Below, piece by piece: positions 17,704 to 28,242 of a stretch of 46,532 bases of DNA (position 1 is its first letter; each line of letters starts with the position of its first letter). Source of the stretch: an uncultured bacterium. GTDB taxonomy: Bacteria; Latescibacterota; UBA2968. The position numbers and the translations under genes are program-made. Where the stretch lies: positions 1-46,532 of the forward strand of contig CAYYGZ010000005.1 of assembly GCA_964471275.1 (NCBI GenBank). The letters are read 5' to 3'. The notes below the pieces were generated by a model. That model was given only the letters and a program-made list of their open reading frames with translations. It did no database searches and was not told where the DNA came from.

Positions 17704-17756
17704 CTTTAACCTTACGTGAAGTTTCCCTTGACTCTTACGTAGGGTTAAAGTATGTT
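17704..17756 (+). promoter_or_regulatory. Promoter plus inverted-repeat operator candidate upstream of the MerR gene
   Basis: CTTTAACCTTACGT (17704-17717) and ACGTAGGGTTAAAG (17737-17750) form a 14-nt inverted repeat with 1 mismatch. The arms flank TTGACT (17728-17733). A 17-nt spacer leads to TATGTT (17751-17756). The region is AT-rich. Confidence 0.5.
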
Positions 17757-17790
17757 CTGTGCGTAAGGATATGGCTACCCAGGAGGCTGT

Positions 17791-18264
17791 TTGGCTGACA
17801 CGATGCACATAGGCAAACTCGCAGATCGTGCGGGAACGACAACGCGAACGGTCCGCTTCTACGAGGAGAAGGGCCTGATCGAGCCCTGCCACAGGTCATC
17901 GGGAGGGTTCCGGTGTTATTCGGAGGAACAGCTGACACAGCTGAGGATGGTACTCAGTCTGAAGGTGCTCGGATTCGACCTGGACAAGATCAAGGCAATC
18001 CTGAGTAAGCAATCACGACAGGAGACGGCAGGGAATCTTGCCGCAGACGTACTGCAAGATCTGCGGGGGAAGCTTGACGAGCTGAATCTTCAGATCAACG
18101 GACTACAGGAAATGAAGGACAAGGTCGAGTGTACCATCAGCACGCTCTGTCATTGTGTTGCCTGTCCATTGCGGATGAAGGATCGGTTGTGTGATGATTG
18201 TGAGCGGCTGAGGACGCAGAACGAGAAGTGCGTTCCCTTCTTCCATACCATACAGACGAATTAA
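17791..18264 (+). CDS. MerR-family transcriptional regulator with a cysteine-rich C-terminus
   Basis: HIGKLADRAGTTTRTVRFYEEKGLI is the MerR helix-turn-helix. A coiled-coil dimerisation helix follows, then CTISTLCHCVACPLRMKDRLCDDCERL...C. TTG 17791 lies 4 nt after AGGAGG. ATG 17803 is an alternative start. Confidence 0.85.
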   Translation: MADTMHIGKLADRAGTTTRTVRFYEEKGLIEPCHRSSGGFRCYSEEQLTQLRMVLSLKVLGFDLDKIKAILSKQSRQETAGNLAADVLQDLRGKLDELNLQINGLQEMKDKVECTISTLCHCVACPLRMKDRLCDDCERLRTQNEKCVPFFHTIQTN

Positions 18265-18450
18265 GAAAAGCCATCGGTTCGACCCCGCCAAAGATCGAAA
18301 ACCGACGGCTTGTTCACAGAGTTCAACAGACAGCGTCTGCTGGTCCCTAGATATAGAACAGTATATCCGAGGTTACAAGCAGTGTCAATTCTCGGCGGGC
18401 TGTCTCGCAGTCCGTTACGGAACCCAGATGCTCGAACGGATGAGGAAGTG

Positions 18451-19290
18451 ATGGCAAAATTCGACGGGAGAGAATCGCGCGAAAGCACAGATCTCTATCT
18501 GAGGGATATCCGAAAATACACGCCGCTGCCTCGCGAGGAAGAGGGTCGCGTCGTCACACAGGCGAGGAAGGGCGACAGACAAGCACTCGACAAGCTGATC
18601 ACGGCCAACCTACGGTTCGTCGTGAGGGTAGCCGGCGAGTATACGAATCGAGGGCTGCCGCTGCAGGACCTGATTGCCGAGGGCAACGTCGGTCTCATGC
18701 GGGCCACAGAAACGTTCGATCCTGATCGGGGTCACAAATTCATCACCTATGCGGTCTGGTGGATCCGACAGGCGATGATGTCTGCGTTGAATAAACAGAC
18801 GCGAACGGTAAAGATCCCGGTGAACCAGATCGATGACCACGATGCGATTGCCAAGATTGCTCGTAGTATGTCACAGGAGTTGGGTAGACAACCCAGCCTC
18901 GATGAGTTGTCCGAGCATACACGGATGTCCAAGAAACGTATCCGACGAGCCTTGCAGGCCAAACTGCCAGCCCTGTCGATGGACAGTCAGGTCTATGCGG
19001 ACGGCACGATCCAGTATTCGGACACCTTCGTCGCCGATGAGATGCCGGCAGACGAGCGTGTGCACGACGCCTACATGCGAGATCTGCTGCAGGACAGCCT
19101 GAAGATGCTCCCCGAGAGGGAGGCGAAGATCCTGGGACTCTACTATGGTCTCGGCACCGATCGACCCGAGTCGCTCGAACAGGTTGGCCGCAAGTTCTCC
19201 ATCTCGCGCGAACGGGTCCGCCAGATCAAAGACCGTGCGCTTGGACGACTCAAGCAGAGCATGATGACGGAGGAAGTAGAAGCAGCCTGA
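18451..19290 (+). CDS. RNA polymerase sigma factor, sigma-70 family (RpoD/RpoS-like, regions 1.2-4)
   Basis: The track ORF runs 18310-19290. I trim to ATG 18451, which follows GAGGAAG. It has DLYLRDI (region 1.2), LITANLRFVVRVAGEY, DLIAEGNVGLMRATETFD, FITYAVWWIRQA (region 2) and SLEQVGRKFSISRERVRQIKDRAL (region 4.2). Confidence 0.85.
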   Translation: MAKFDGRESRESTDLYLRDIRKYTPLPREEEGRVVTQARKGDRQALDKLITANLRFVVRVAGEYTNRGLPLQDLIAEGNVGLMRATETFDPDRGHKFITYAVWWIRQAMMSALNKQTRTVKIPVNQIDDHDAIAKIARSMSQELGRQPSLDELSEHTRMSKKRIRRALQAKLPALSMDSQVYADGTIQYSDTFVADEMPADERVHDAYMRDLLQDSLKMLPEREAKILGLYYGLGTDRPESLEQVGRKFSISRERVRQIKDRALGRLKQSMMTEEVEAA

Positions 19291-19317
19291 CCCGACGTTC
19301 ATTCTGAACACACGCAA

Positions 19318-19358
19318 AGCGCCGCGCCCTTCGAAAGGACGCGGCGCTTCTTGTTGTA
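19318..19358. terminator. Bidirectional terminator between the convergent sigma and porin genes
   Basis: AGCGCCGCGCCCTT / AAGGACGCGGCGCT stem with 13 of 14 positions paired, followed by TCTTGTTGT on the plus strand. Confidence 0.7.
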
Positions 19359-19371
19359 TGGTGCTGCCAAA

Positions 19372-20097
19372 CTACTTGCTGAACCCGATGCTGACACCGC
19401 CCCAGAAGGAGGAGTTGTCAGGATTGATCCCATCATCAGCGTACGAGTAGCCCGCAACAGGGCCGAAGGACCAGTTGCCGCGTGACCAGCCGATCGAGCC
19501 AGTCAACGTGAGGTCGTGGAATCCTGCCGATCCGCCATAGCTGTCGCCGCTGATCGCAACGGAGGCGCCAAGCCCGAGCACAGGAGCATCATCACCCTCG
19601 CCAAGCGGGAACTCCGGTCCAATACCTGCCGCGACATAGTAGTCATCGGTCTGCCCGAAGTCGTAGTAGACGGTGATACTGGGAGCAATCTGGTGGTCGA
19701 AACTCAAGCCGCCATAGACTTCCTCTGTATGCTTCGTCCCCTCCAAGTTCGGGATGTAGTATTCTATGAACCCGATCGAAAGACCGATCTTCCCGTCTTC
19801 GCCAAGCGAAGTATCGTAGCTCAAGGTGATATCGACTTCATCTGCACCGTCCAACGTGCTGCGGTCCATCACAAACGCCGATCCCCAGAGATTGAGAGCG
19901 ACTCCGCTCTCGCCAAAACCGAAAGTCAGACTGGGCTGGAGGACCAGATCTTCGTCTGAGGCGACGCCCCCTCTCCAGATGTAGCCTGAGAGAGCATCGA
20001 GTGAAGCATCAACCGAGATCTCTGTTTCCTGTGCCCGAACAGCATCTGATACGCCGAGTCCTGCCAGAATCGCCAAAATTGTTGCTAGTCTTCTCAT
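19372..20097 (-). CDS. Outer-membrane beta-barrel protein, TorF/Gcw_chp-type putative porin
   Basis: The signal peptide is MRRLATILAILAGLGVSDAVRAQ. Then come SGYIWRG, alternating beta strands, and a terminal ...GGVSIGFSK. It lies downstream of amtB-glnK on the same strand, an arrangement known for this porin family. Confidence 0.7.
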   Translation of the reverse strand: MRRLATILAILAGLGVSDAVRAQETEISVDASLDALSGYIWRGGVASDEDLVLQPSLTFGFGESGVALNLWGSAFVMDRSTLDGADEVDITLSYDTSLGEDGKIGLSIGFIEYYIPNLEGTKHTEEVYGGLSFDHQIAPSITVYYDFGQTDDYYVAAGIGPEFPLGEGDDAPVLGLGASVAISGDSYGGSAGFHDLTLTGSIGWSRGNWSFGPVAGYSYADDGINPDNSSFWGGVSIGFSK

Positions 20098-20508
20098 CTG
20101 CCTTGCCTCCTCATTCGTTTAGGTTTGCTAACGTGCTGTTTGTCCTATTCAACATAAAGCTGCTGTAGCTAGATTGTCCAGTGTCATAATGGTGTTGACA
20201 CATTGAACCAGTGGGTAGGGCTTGACTTGGGATCGCTGCTTTCTCTACACGCTGTTGATGACACGGTCTCGAATCCGAATCTGTCTCAGCCCAGGCTACC
20301 GGCGGACAATCGTGAGCCGCGTCGTGATGACTTCTCGGAACCCGAAAAGGAATGCCCCGGCGCGAATCGCACAAACACGTGTGCGCGGGTAACGGCCTTA
20401 ATCCGATGCGGCGAAGCGTTCGAATCCAACGAATCTGAACTGTAAACACCATTCTGAATCAGTACACGCTAGATAAGTGTTAAATCTGGATTAATTCTAC
20501 TCATCCGC

Positions 20509-20847
20509 CTACAGGGCCGCCTCGCCATGTTCACCCGTTCTGATCCGGACAGCCTCCGATACCGGCGTGATAAAGATCTTGCCATCACCGACCTCACCCG
20601 TCTTCGCCTCCGAGATGATCGCGTCCTTGGCGATCTCCACTTCGGCGTCTTTGACGATCACCTCGACCTTGACCTTGGGGACGAAATCTACCCGATACTC
20701 CGCACCACGGTAGACCTCCCGGTGTCCGCGCTGACGGCCGAACCCCCTGACCTCCCCGACTGACATTCCGATGATACCTGCCTCGGCGAGGGCCTCGTAC
20801 ACCTTCTCGAGGGCCGAGGGCCTCAGATATGCTTCGATCTTCTGCAT
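20509..20847 (-). CDS. glnK: Nitrogen regulatory protein P-II
   Basis: 112 aa. The T-loop GFGRQRGHREVYRGAEY carries the conserved Tyr, and the C-terminus has TGEVGDGKIFITPV. It is adjacent to amtB. Confidence 0.95.
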   Translation of the reverse strand: MQKIEAYLRPSALEKVYEALAEAGIIGMSVGEVRGFGRQRGHREVYRGAEYRVDFVPKVKVEVIVKDAEVEIAKDAIISEAKTGEVGDGKIFITPVSEAVRIRTGEHGEAAL

Positions 20848-20876
20848 TGTGATAACCCCTGATGTCGAAGAATGAA

Positions 20877-22205
20877 CTACGCTCTGTGGTCAGCTGTCGT
20901 CGTCACGAAGTTGGCATACGCCGGCGACCCGTGCTCTAAAACATCGAGACCGGAGTCCTCTTCTTCATCCGAAACTCTCAGTCCGATCGTCAACTTGATC
21001 AACGTAAACATCACGAGCGAAAGGATGAACGTGCAGAAGAAGACTGCCGCGATGCCCGTTATTTGCGTGACAAGACTGCCTGCCTCACCGGGAATGCAGA
21101 GGAACGGGATCGCACAGGCCAGCGTGCCCCAAGCACCGCAGACACCGTGCACCGAGATCGCACCGACCGGGTCGTCTACACGAATCCTGTCGAAAAAGAT
21201 CACTGAAAAGACGACAACTACGCCGGCGACTCCACCCGTCAGGAGTGAGCCGAGAGGCGTCATCGTGTAACATCCCGCCGTGATGCCCACAAGACCGGCG
21301 AGTGCGCCATTCAGCGTCATGGAGATGTCAGGTTTTCCGAACCGGTACCAGCTGACGAACATCGCGACCAGGGCACCGGCCGCGGCGCTCAGGTTTGTCG
21401 TCACGGCGATACGGGCGAAGTTTCCACCATCCATCGAGGTCGTCGAACCGGAGTTGAATCCAAACCACCCCAACCACAGGATGAACACACCCAGTGCGGC
21501 CATCGGCATGTTATGACCGATAATCGCGTTCATTGAGCCATCCGCGTTGTACTTGCCGCGACGAGGACCAAGAACGATCGCACCGGCGAGTGCCGCCCAC
21601 CCGCCGACGCTGTGCACAACGGTTGAACCGGCGAAGTCGATGAAGCCCATGCCCTCGAGCCAGCCGCCACCGTGCCAGAGCCCTCCCCAGGACCAGGCGC
21701 CCTGGATGGGATAGATGATAGCAGTGATAATCACGCTGAAGATCAGATAAGCGCTGAATTTCGTCCGCTCCGCGACAGCGCCCGAGACGATCGTGGCAGC
21801 CGTGGCGGCGAAAACCGTCTGAAAGATCAGGAACGAATACATCCAGTTGGCATCCTCCCCAAACGAGTTGACGTCCGGATTCAGAAAGAACTCGTAGAAC
21901 TCTCCGCTGAACATCAGACCAAAACCGATAGCCCAGAAACCGACAGCTCCGATCGCGAGGTCGGCTACATTCTTCATCAGAATGTTAACGGCATTCTTGG
22001 CTCTCGTCATCCCGGATTCCACGAACGCGAAGCCGGCTTGCATGAAGAAAACCAGGAAAGCCGCGACGCACGTCCAGAACCAATCCAAATGTTTAGCCAC
22101 TTCTCCGATCTGGCTTGCCAGATCCGCTTCCTGTGCCCCAGCGCTGATTGGAGCGAATACCACGAGCCCCGTCAGAACCGCGCCAATCCTTCTCCACCTG
22201 TCCAT
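20877..22205 (-). CDS. amtB: Ammonium transporter
   Basis: 442 aa. It has a signal peptide and then Amt-family blocks FMQAGFAFVESG, DFAGSTVVHSVGGWAALAGAIVLGPR and VHGVCGAWGTL. Confidence 0.95.
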   Translation of the reverse strand: MDRWRRIGAVLTGLVVFAPISAGAQEADLASQIGEVAKHLDWFWTCVAAFLVFFMQAGFAFVESGMTRAKNAVNILMKNVADLAIGAVGFWAIGFGLMFSGEFYEFFLNPDVNSFGEDANWMYSFLIFQTVFAATAATIVSGAVAERTKFSAYLIFSVIITAIIYPIQGAWSWGGLWHGGGWLEGMGFIDFAGSTVVHSVGGWAALAGAIVLGPRRGKYNADGSMNAIIGHNMPMAALGVFILWLGWFGFNSGSTTSMDGGNFARIAVTTNLSAAAGALVAMFVSWYRFGKPDISMTLNGALAGLVGITAGCYTMTPLGSLLTGGVAGVVVVFSVIFFDRIRVDDPVGAISVHGVCGAWGTLACAIPFLCIPGEAGSLVTQITGIAAVFFCTFILSLVMFTLIKLTIGLRVSDEEEDSGLDVLEHGSPAYANFVTTTADHRA

Positions 22206-22504
22206 CCGGTCCTCCTCTTATTGAATAATGCATCCTGGTCGTCAGGATCCACTGTCTGTGTCTGTCGCGGCTAAATATATCGGACAGGTGTTTCCATATG
22301 ATTACACATGAGTGAACACGTAGTGAAACCTTCATGCATCCGAACCACAAAAACTCTCGCGTCTTATTCTGTTGATTCCTATGGATTTATGCATCGATCC
22401 TTGATCGAGACCCGCGACCGGGCCTCCCGATTGTTTCACCCGTGTGAACAACGCGTAAACGGTGTGTGAATCGAGGGATGGTGATCCGCACAGACTACAG
22501 AGAA

Positions 22505-22532
22505 GGCCCCGGTTCCGCTTGGAACCAGGGCC
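22505..22532 (-). terminator. Terminator hairpin after the HtrA-like gene
   Basis: GGCCCCGGTTCC, loop GCTT, GGAACCAGGGCC, with 11 of 12 positions paired. It lies 28 nt past the stop at 22560 and is followed on the minus strand by TTCTCTGT. Confidence 0.6.
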
Positions 22533-22559
22533 CCTTTCCTCCAATCGATGGTAGAACGT

Positions 22560-23783
22560 CTACTTCTGCTGCATCATCCCTCGCAGTCGCCCGATCTCGC
22601 GCTCGAGCGTTTGAATCTGTTCGAACAGTGCCTGGTCCGCGGCTACACCCCGCCGACCAAGTCCGACAGGTTGAGCCGCCGGATCCGAATCGTTCCCGGT
22701 GAACGGGTCGAAGGGACTGTCCACACGTTGTGGGGGCTTTCTCCCCGCAACGGCCTCCGAGGACACAGTGAGGCTCTCGCGCCTTACCCGGATCGGAACG
22801 GCGTCGCCCGGTGAGGTCTCCATCACGAGACGCTCGAGATGGAAAGGGCCCGCTACGGGTTTGCCGTTGTAGGCGACGATCTGGTCACCCCGTCTGATGC
22901 CGGATCGCCAGGCAGGTCCATTTTCAGCCACATTCGTGACAACAACGGGGTGTGTTTCGCGATCGACCTCGACGCCCAGCCATCCATAGGCCATCTGTCC
23001 GCGTTCGATCAGAGTCGTAGCGATACGTTTGGCACGGTTGATCGGAATCACAAACACCGAAGTGGGAAAAGCTGTTGCACCGCTCAGGCCGGCTCGGCTC
23101 TCTGTGTGAAGCGGAGCTGCCCAGACCATCCCCATCACGCTGCCGGAGCTGTCGAAAACAGGCGCCCCTCCGTAGCTCGGGTAGACGGAGGATGTAATCT
23201 GGATCAGATCCTCACCTTCGGTCACTTCGTAGACCGTGCCGATGGAGGGAAGTAGTTGGCCGAACGCGTTCCCAAGGACGAAGGTGTAGTGCCCGACCCG
23301 TGCATTGTTCGAGTTCCCGACGCGAATGTGATCGGTCGGCGGGTTGGCAATCTGGATCACGGCAACATCGGACGTCGGATCCGAAGCGACAAAGGCAGCA
23401 CGGGATACCGACCCATCCGCAAGGGTCACCCTGATCTCACTCGCACCCTTGACCGCCTTGTCGACTGTGAGAACGTGGCCGCGCTCATCGATCAGGAAAC
23501 CGGTACCGTGCGTGTAGCCATTCCCAAGACCGAGTGATGAGCCGTTTTGCGGAGCAGCGTAGATCGTGTGTATCCGGACGACGCACCGTCTGTTCGCTTC
23601 GAACAGCGTGGAGATCTCGGCCTCCAGTACCTGCAGAAGACCGGAACGGAATCCGACCGCCGAAATCTCGGGCTGGGCATTCGCAGGAATGCCCGCCATC
23701 CCCAGTAGGAGTATGACGGGCATCACGACTCTGCGTGCATTTCGGATCAGGTCAGACACAGTCTGACACACTCGCTTCCCCAT
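22560..23783 (-). CDS. HtrA/DegP-like trypsin-fold protein with a PDZ domain; catalytic His and Ser motifs are not conserved (probable pseudo-protease)
   Basis: GTGFLIDERGHVLTVDKAV, DPTSDVAVIQI, ITSSVYPSYGGAPVFDSSGSVMGMV and a PDZ-like GWLGVEV...GIRRGDQIVAYNGKPV are collinear with HtrA. TVDKAV replaces TNxHVV, and PSYGGAP replaces GNSGGP. The N-terminus has a signal or anchor segment, and the C-terminus is coiled-coil-like. Confidence 0.8.
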   Translation of the reverse strand: MGKRVCQTVSDLIRNARRVVMPVILLLGMAGIPANAQPEISAVGFRSGLLQVLEAEISTLFEANRRCVVRIHTIYAAPQNGSSLGLGNGYTHGTGFLIDERGHVLTVDKAVKGASEIRVTLADGSVSRAAFVASDPTSDVAVIQIANPPTDHIRVGNSNNARVGHYTFVLGNAFGQLLPSIGTVYEVTEGEDLIQITSSVYPSYGGAPVFDSSGSVMGMVWAAPLHTESRAGLSGATAFPTSVFVIPINRAKRIATTLIERGQMAYGWLGVEVDRETHPVVVTNVAENGPAWRSGIRRGDQIVAYNGKPVAGPFHLERLVMETSPGDAVPIRVRRESLTVSSEAVAGRKPPQRVDSPFDPFTGNDSDPAAQPVGLGRRGVAADQALFEQIQTLEREIGRLRGMMQQK

Positions 23784-23786
23784 TCG

Positions 23787-24365
23787 CTAGAATGAAACCG
23801 GAACGCGTCGTGCCTGACCACGCTGAACAACCGGTCGGGTCCGCGGCTGCATCAAAGAGCGTGAAGCCGGGGAATCCGAACGCGGCCGGTAGAGACGTCG
23901 GGACAGAGCGAATGACTCGTCCTGCGTAAGCTGCCTCAGGGCGCCCCGGTCCACCGGCTGAGCGGGAACTGTCGTGCCGGGCAAGGCCTCCTGCGATGCT
24001 GTCACGGGAACCTGTGGTTCGCCCTGCAGAAGGACCGACACACCGAGAGCCAGCATCGCAGCAACGGCGCCGGAAAGGACGGATCGACCGACAGTCGGGA
24101 AAAGCACCTGCTTGACCTTGTGACGCATCCGGGTCTCGTTCGCGGCCTCCAGCAGAATCTGACTCCGCAAACCAAACTCGAACTCGACTGAAGGTTCCAA
24201 CGGGGAAAAATTTCCCAGCCGCTCCTGAAGCAAAACCATATTCTCATACATTGCCGAGCAGGCCGAGCTTTCCGAAATCATCTGTTCCATCTCGACCCGA
24301 TCGGCTTCGGGGAGCTCCCCATCGATAAAAGCAGAGAGCTTGTCTGAAAATGAGTCAACTGTCAT
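23787..24365 (-). CDS. Putative anti-sigma factor (single-pass membrane, RseA/zf-HC2-like position)
   Basis: I trim to ATG 24365 (MTVDSFSDKLSAFIDGELPEADRVEME), which follows AGGAGG. The FIDGEL motif is typical of anti-sigma N-termini. There is one transmembrane segment (VLSGAVAAMLALGVSVLL). It starts 26 nt after the ECF sigma stop. Confidence 0.7.
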   Translation of the reverse strand: MTVDSFSDKLSAFIDGELPEADRVEMEQMISESSACSAMYENMVLLQERLGNFSPLEPSVEFEFGLRSQILLEAANETRMRHKVKQVLFPTVGRSVLSGAVAAMLALGVSVLLQGEPQVPVTASQEALPGTTVPAQPVDRGALRQLTQDESFALSRRLYRPRSDSPASRSLMQPRTRPVVQRGQARRVPVSF

Positions 24366-24391
24366 AGTGTTCGTGCAACCTCCTGAAGGGT

Positions 24392-25003
24392 CTAGACGCC
24401 CAGCCCCACATCGCGACCTTCGCTCTTGAGCTTCTGCTGAAGCTTGAGACGAGCGCGATTCACCCGGGACTTGACCGTCCCAACCGGGCAATCAACGATC
24501 TCTGATATTTCTTGATACGTCATCCCTTCGACATCCCTGAGCAGGATCACCTGCTTGTAGTTAGCGGGCAAGGAAGAGATGGCCTGCTGAATCTGAACAT
24601 CTGCCAGCGAGGACTCGGCAACCTTGTCCGGACGTGCCGATTCGTCCGGCAACTCCATCCCGGTATCCGTCTCCTCGTCTCGCTCGAGCGAGAACATCCG
24701 CCATCGCTTCCGGCGCCGCAGCTCACTCTTGGCAAGGTTGCCAGCGATCGTGAACAGCCACGTGGAGAAATTGGCGATCGCCTTATACTCGTTCCGCTTC
24801 CGGAAGGCCCGCAGAAATGTCTCCTGGACGATGTCCTCTGCCGTTTCCCGGTCTCCCACAAAGCGACAAATAAAGTTGTACAGCCGACCATTGTACCGGC
24901 CGACGATCTTACCATAGGCATCAATGTTCCCGGCGCTGACCTCGGACAGGATATCCATGTCCGTGAGTTCACCCGGATTCTGCCTCGAGCTGACCATAAG
25001 CAT
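24392..25003 (-). CDS. ECF (sigma-24/RpoE-like) RNA polymerase sigma factor
   Basis: I trim to ATG 25003, which follows GGAGGAG. Region 2 is DIVQETFLRAFRKRNEY...FSTWLFTIAGNLAKSELRRRKR. Region 4 is VILLRDVEGMTYQEISEIVDCPVGTVKSRVNRARLKL. Confidence 0.9.
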   Translation of the reverse strand: MLMVSSRQNPGELTDMDILSEVSAGNIDAYGKIVGRYNGRLYNFICRFVGDRETAEDIVQETFLRAFRKRNEYKAIANFSTWLFTIAGNLAKSELRRRKRWRMFSLERDEETDTGMELPDESARPDKVAESSLADVQIQQAISSLPANYKQVILLRDVEGMTYQEISEIVDCPVGTVKSRVNRARLKLQQKLKSEGRDVGLGV

Positions 25004-25356
25004 AATGTCTCCTCCCATCGGCGCACCCCGTGGATTGACTGCCGGCACGGCAAACAGGATGTGCCCGTTCCTTGAACGAGCTGGGAGGGTAAAGGTTCCC
25101 CGTAAAAGACCGGACCGCACGAATAAATCATTCAGATTTACTAATAATTATTCGCAATAAACATCACTAACCATTATAACGACATATCCCTTTGTAAGAG
25201 GTCTATTTAATATAGACGAATATGCACCAAAACCTCTTCAAGAATTTGAGGTTAGGTGATGTGAGTTCGCCAGACACAGGCTTGCGTGGCAGAAACGGAA
25301 AACCCTATATTGAGGCCGCAATGCCAACACTCGATACCTCAAGGAGCACAGAATCC

Positions 25357-27351
<1,995 letters not shown>

Positions 27352-27372
27352 TCGAGAACCAGCAGATACACA

Positions 27373-27418
27373 CAGGGCACACGATCCGGGCCACCGGGTT
27401 GCGTGCCCTGCTTTACTT
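27373..27418 (+). terminator. Terminator hairpin after acs
   Basis: CAGGGCAC (27373-27380) pairs with GTGCCCTG (27403-27410), with an inner CCGG/CCGG pairing, followed by CTTTACTT. Confidence 0.5.
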
Positions 27419-27428
27419 GGGGTGACCG

Positions 27429-28115
27429 GTGCCAACACCAGAGAGAGCCGTACTGCTGCTATCCGGAGGGATGGATTCGACCACGCTGCTTTGGTGGATG
27501 CGAGACCAGGGCATTGGTCACGTCCATACCGTCGCCATAGACTACGGCCAACGACACCGGATCGAGTTGGAATCCAGCATACGCCTCAGCGCTACGTCCG
27601 GATCAGCGACGCATAAGGTCATTACAATAGATCTGAAACAGATCGGCGGGAGCCCGCTCACCAACGACGAAATGGACGTTCCTGCGGCTTCCGACAACAG
27701 CCAGATCACAACCGTCGTCCCCTACCGCAACACGATGTTCATGACCGCGGCGACCGCATACGCAGAGACACAGGGCATCCAGGACATCTACATTTCCCCG
27801 GTCAAAGACGACTACAGCGCTTACCGCGACTGCCGTCGCGAGTTCTACGATGCACTCGAATCATCCCTGACGTTGGGCGCCACACACAACATACCCGTCA
27901 GGATCCACACCCCCTTCGTCCATTGGACAAAATCAGAAGTCGTCCGCGAAGGTATCCGCCTGAACGTTCCCTATGACCAGACACACACGTGCTACAAAGG
28001 CACCCGCCCCGCCTGCGGCACGTGTGACGCCTGTACCGAGCGCATCGACGCCTTCAAGACAAACCACACCGCTGATCCGATCCCCTACGCCATCGACATC
28101 GTCTGGCATGACTGA
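27429..28115 (+). CDS. queC: 7-cyano-7-deazaguanine synthase
   Basis: GTG start. It has the PP-loop AVLLLSGGMDSTT and the C-terminal zinc cluster CYKG..PACGTCDACTER. Confidence 0.9.
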   Translation: MPTPERAVLLLSGGMDSTTLLWWMRDQGIGHVHTVAIDYGQRHRIELESSIRLSATSGSATHKVITIDLKQIGGSPLTNDEMDVPAASDNSQITTVVPYRNTMFMTAATAYAETQGIQDIYISPVKDDYSAYRDCRREFYDALESSLTLGATHNIPVRIHTPFVHWTKSEVVREGIRLNVPYDQTHTCYKGTRPACGTCDACTERIDAFKTNHTADPIPYAIDIVWHD

Positions 28116-28142
28116 GCTTCCGCCGGTCCCGGCACAAATGAA

Positions 28143-28179
28143 GAGAGCCGAACCCGATTACAAATCGGATTCGGCTCTC
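28143..28179 (+). terminator. Long hairpin between the convergent queC and 28243-29343 genes
   Basis: GAGAGCCGAACCCGATT, loop ACA, AATCGGATTCGGCTCTC, with 16 of 17 positions paired. It is followed by CCCCTTTG. Confidence 0.5.
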
Positions 28180-28242
28180 CCCTTTGACTCTTCCCCCCTG
28201 CTCTCCCGCTCAGTGAGAGGGGAGGGAGGCGGTGTTAAGTGG

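Noticed and set aside
20418-20427. GTTCGAATCC, a tRNA T-loop-like decamer
   Set aside because: The flanking bases do not form a T-stem, and no acceptor or anticodon arms can be drawn. I found no tRNA anywhere in the window.
22206-22260. Sigma-54 (-24/-12) promoter upstream of amtB
   Set aside because: TGGATCC...ATGCAT does not have the required GG-N10-GC spacing. No TGGCAC-N5-TTGC match was found on the minus strand.
27352-27428. preQ1 riboswitch upstream of queC
   Set aside because: The 77-nt spacer is filled by the acs terminator hairpin, and there is no preQ1-type CCCTC..AAAAAACTA core.
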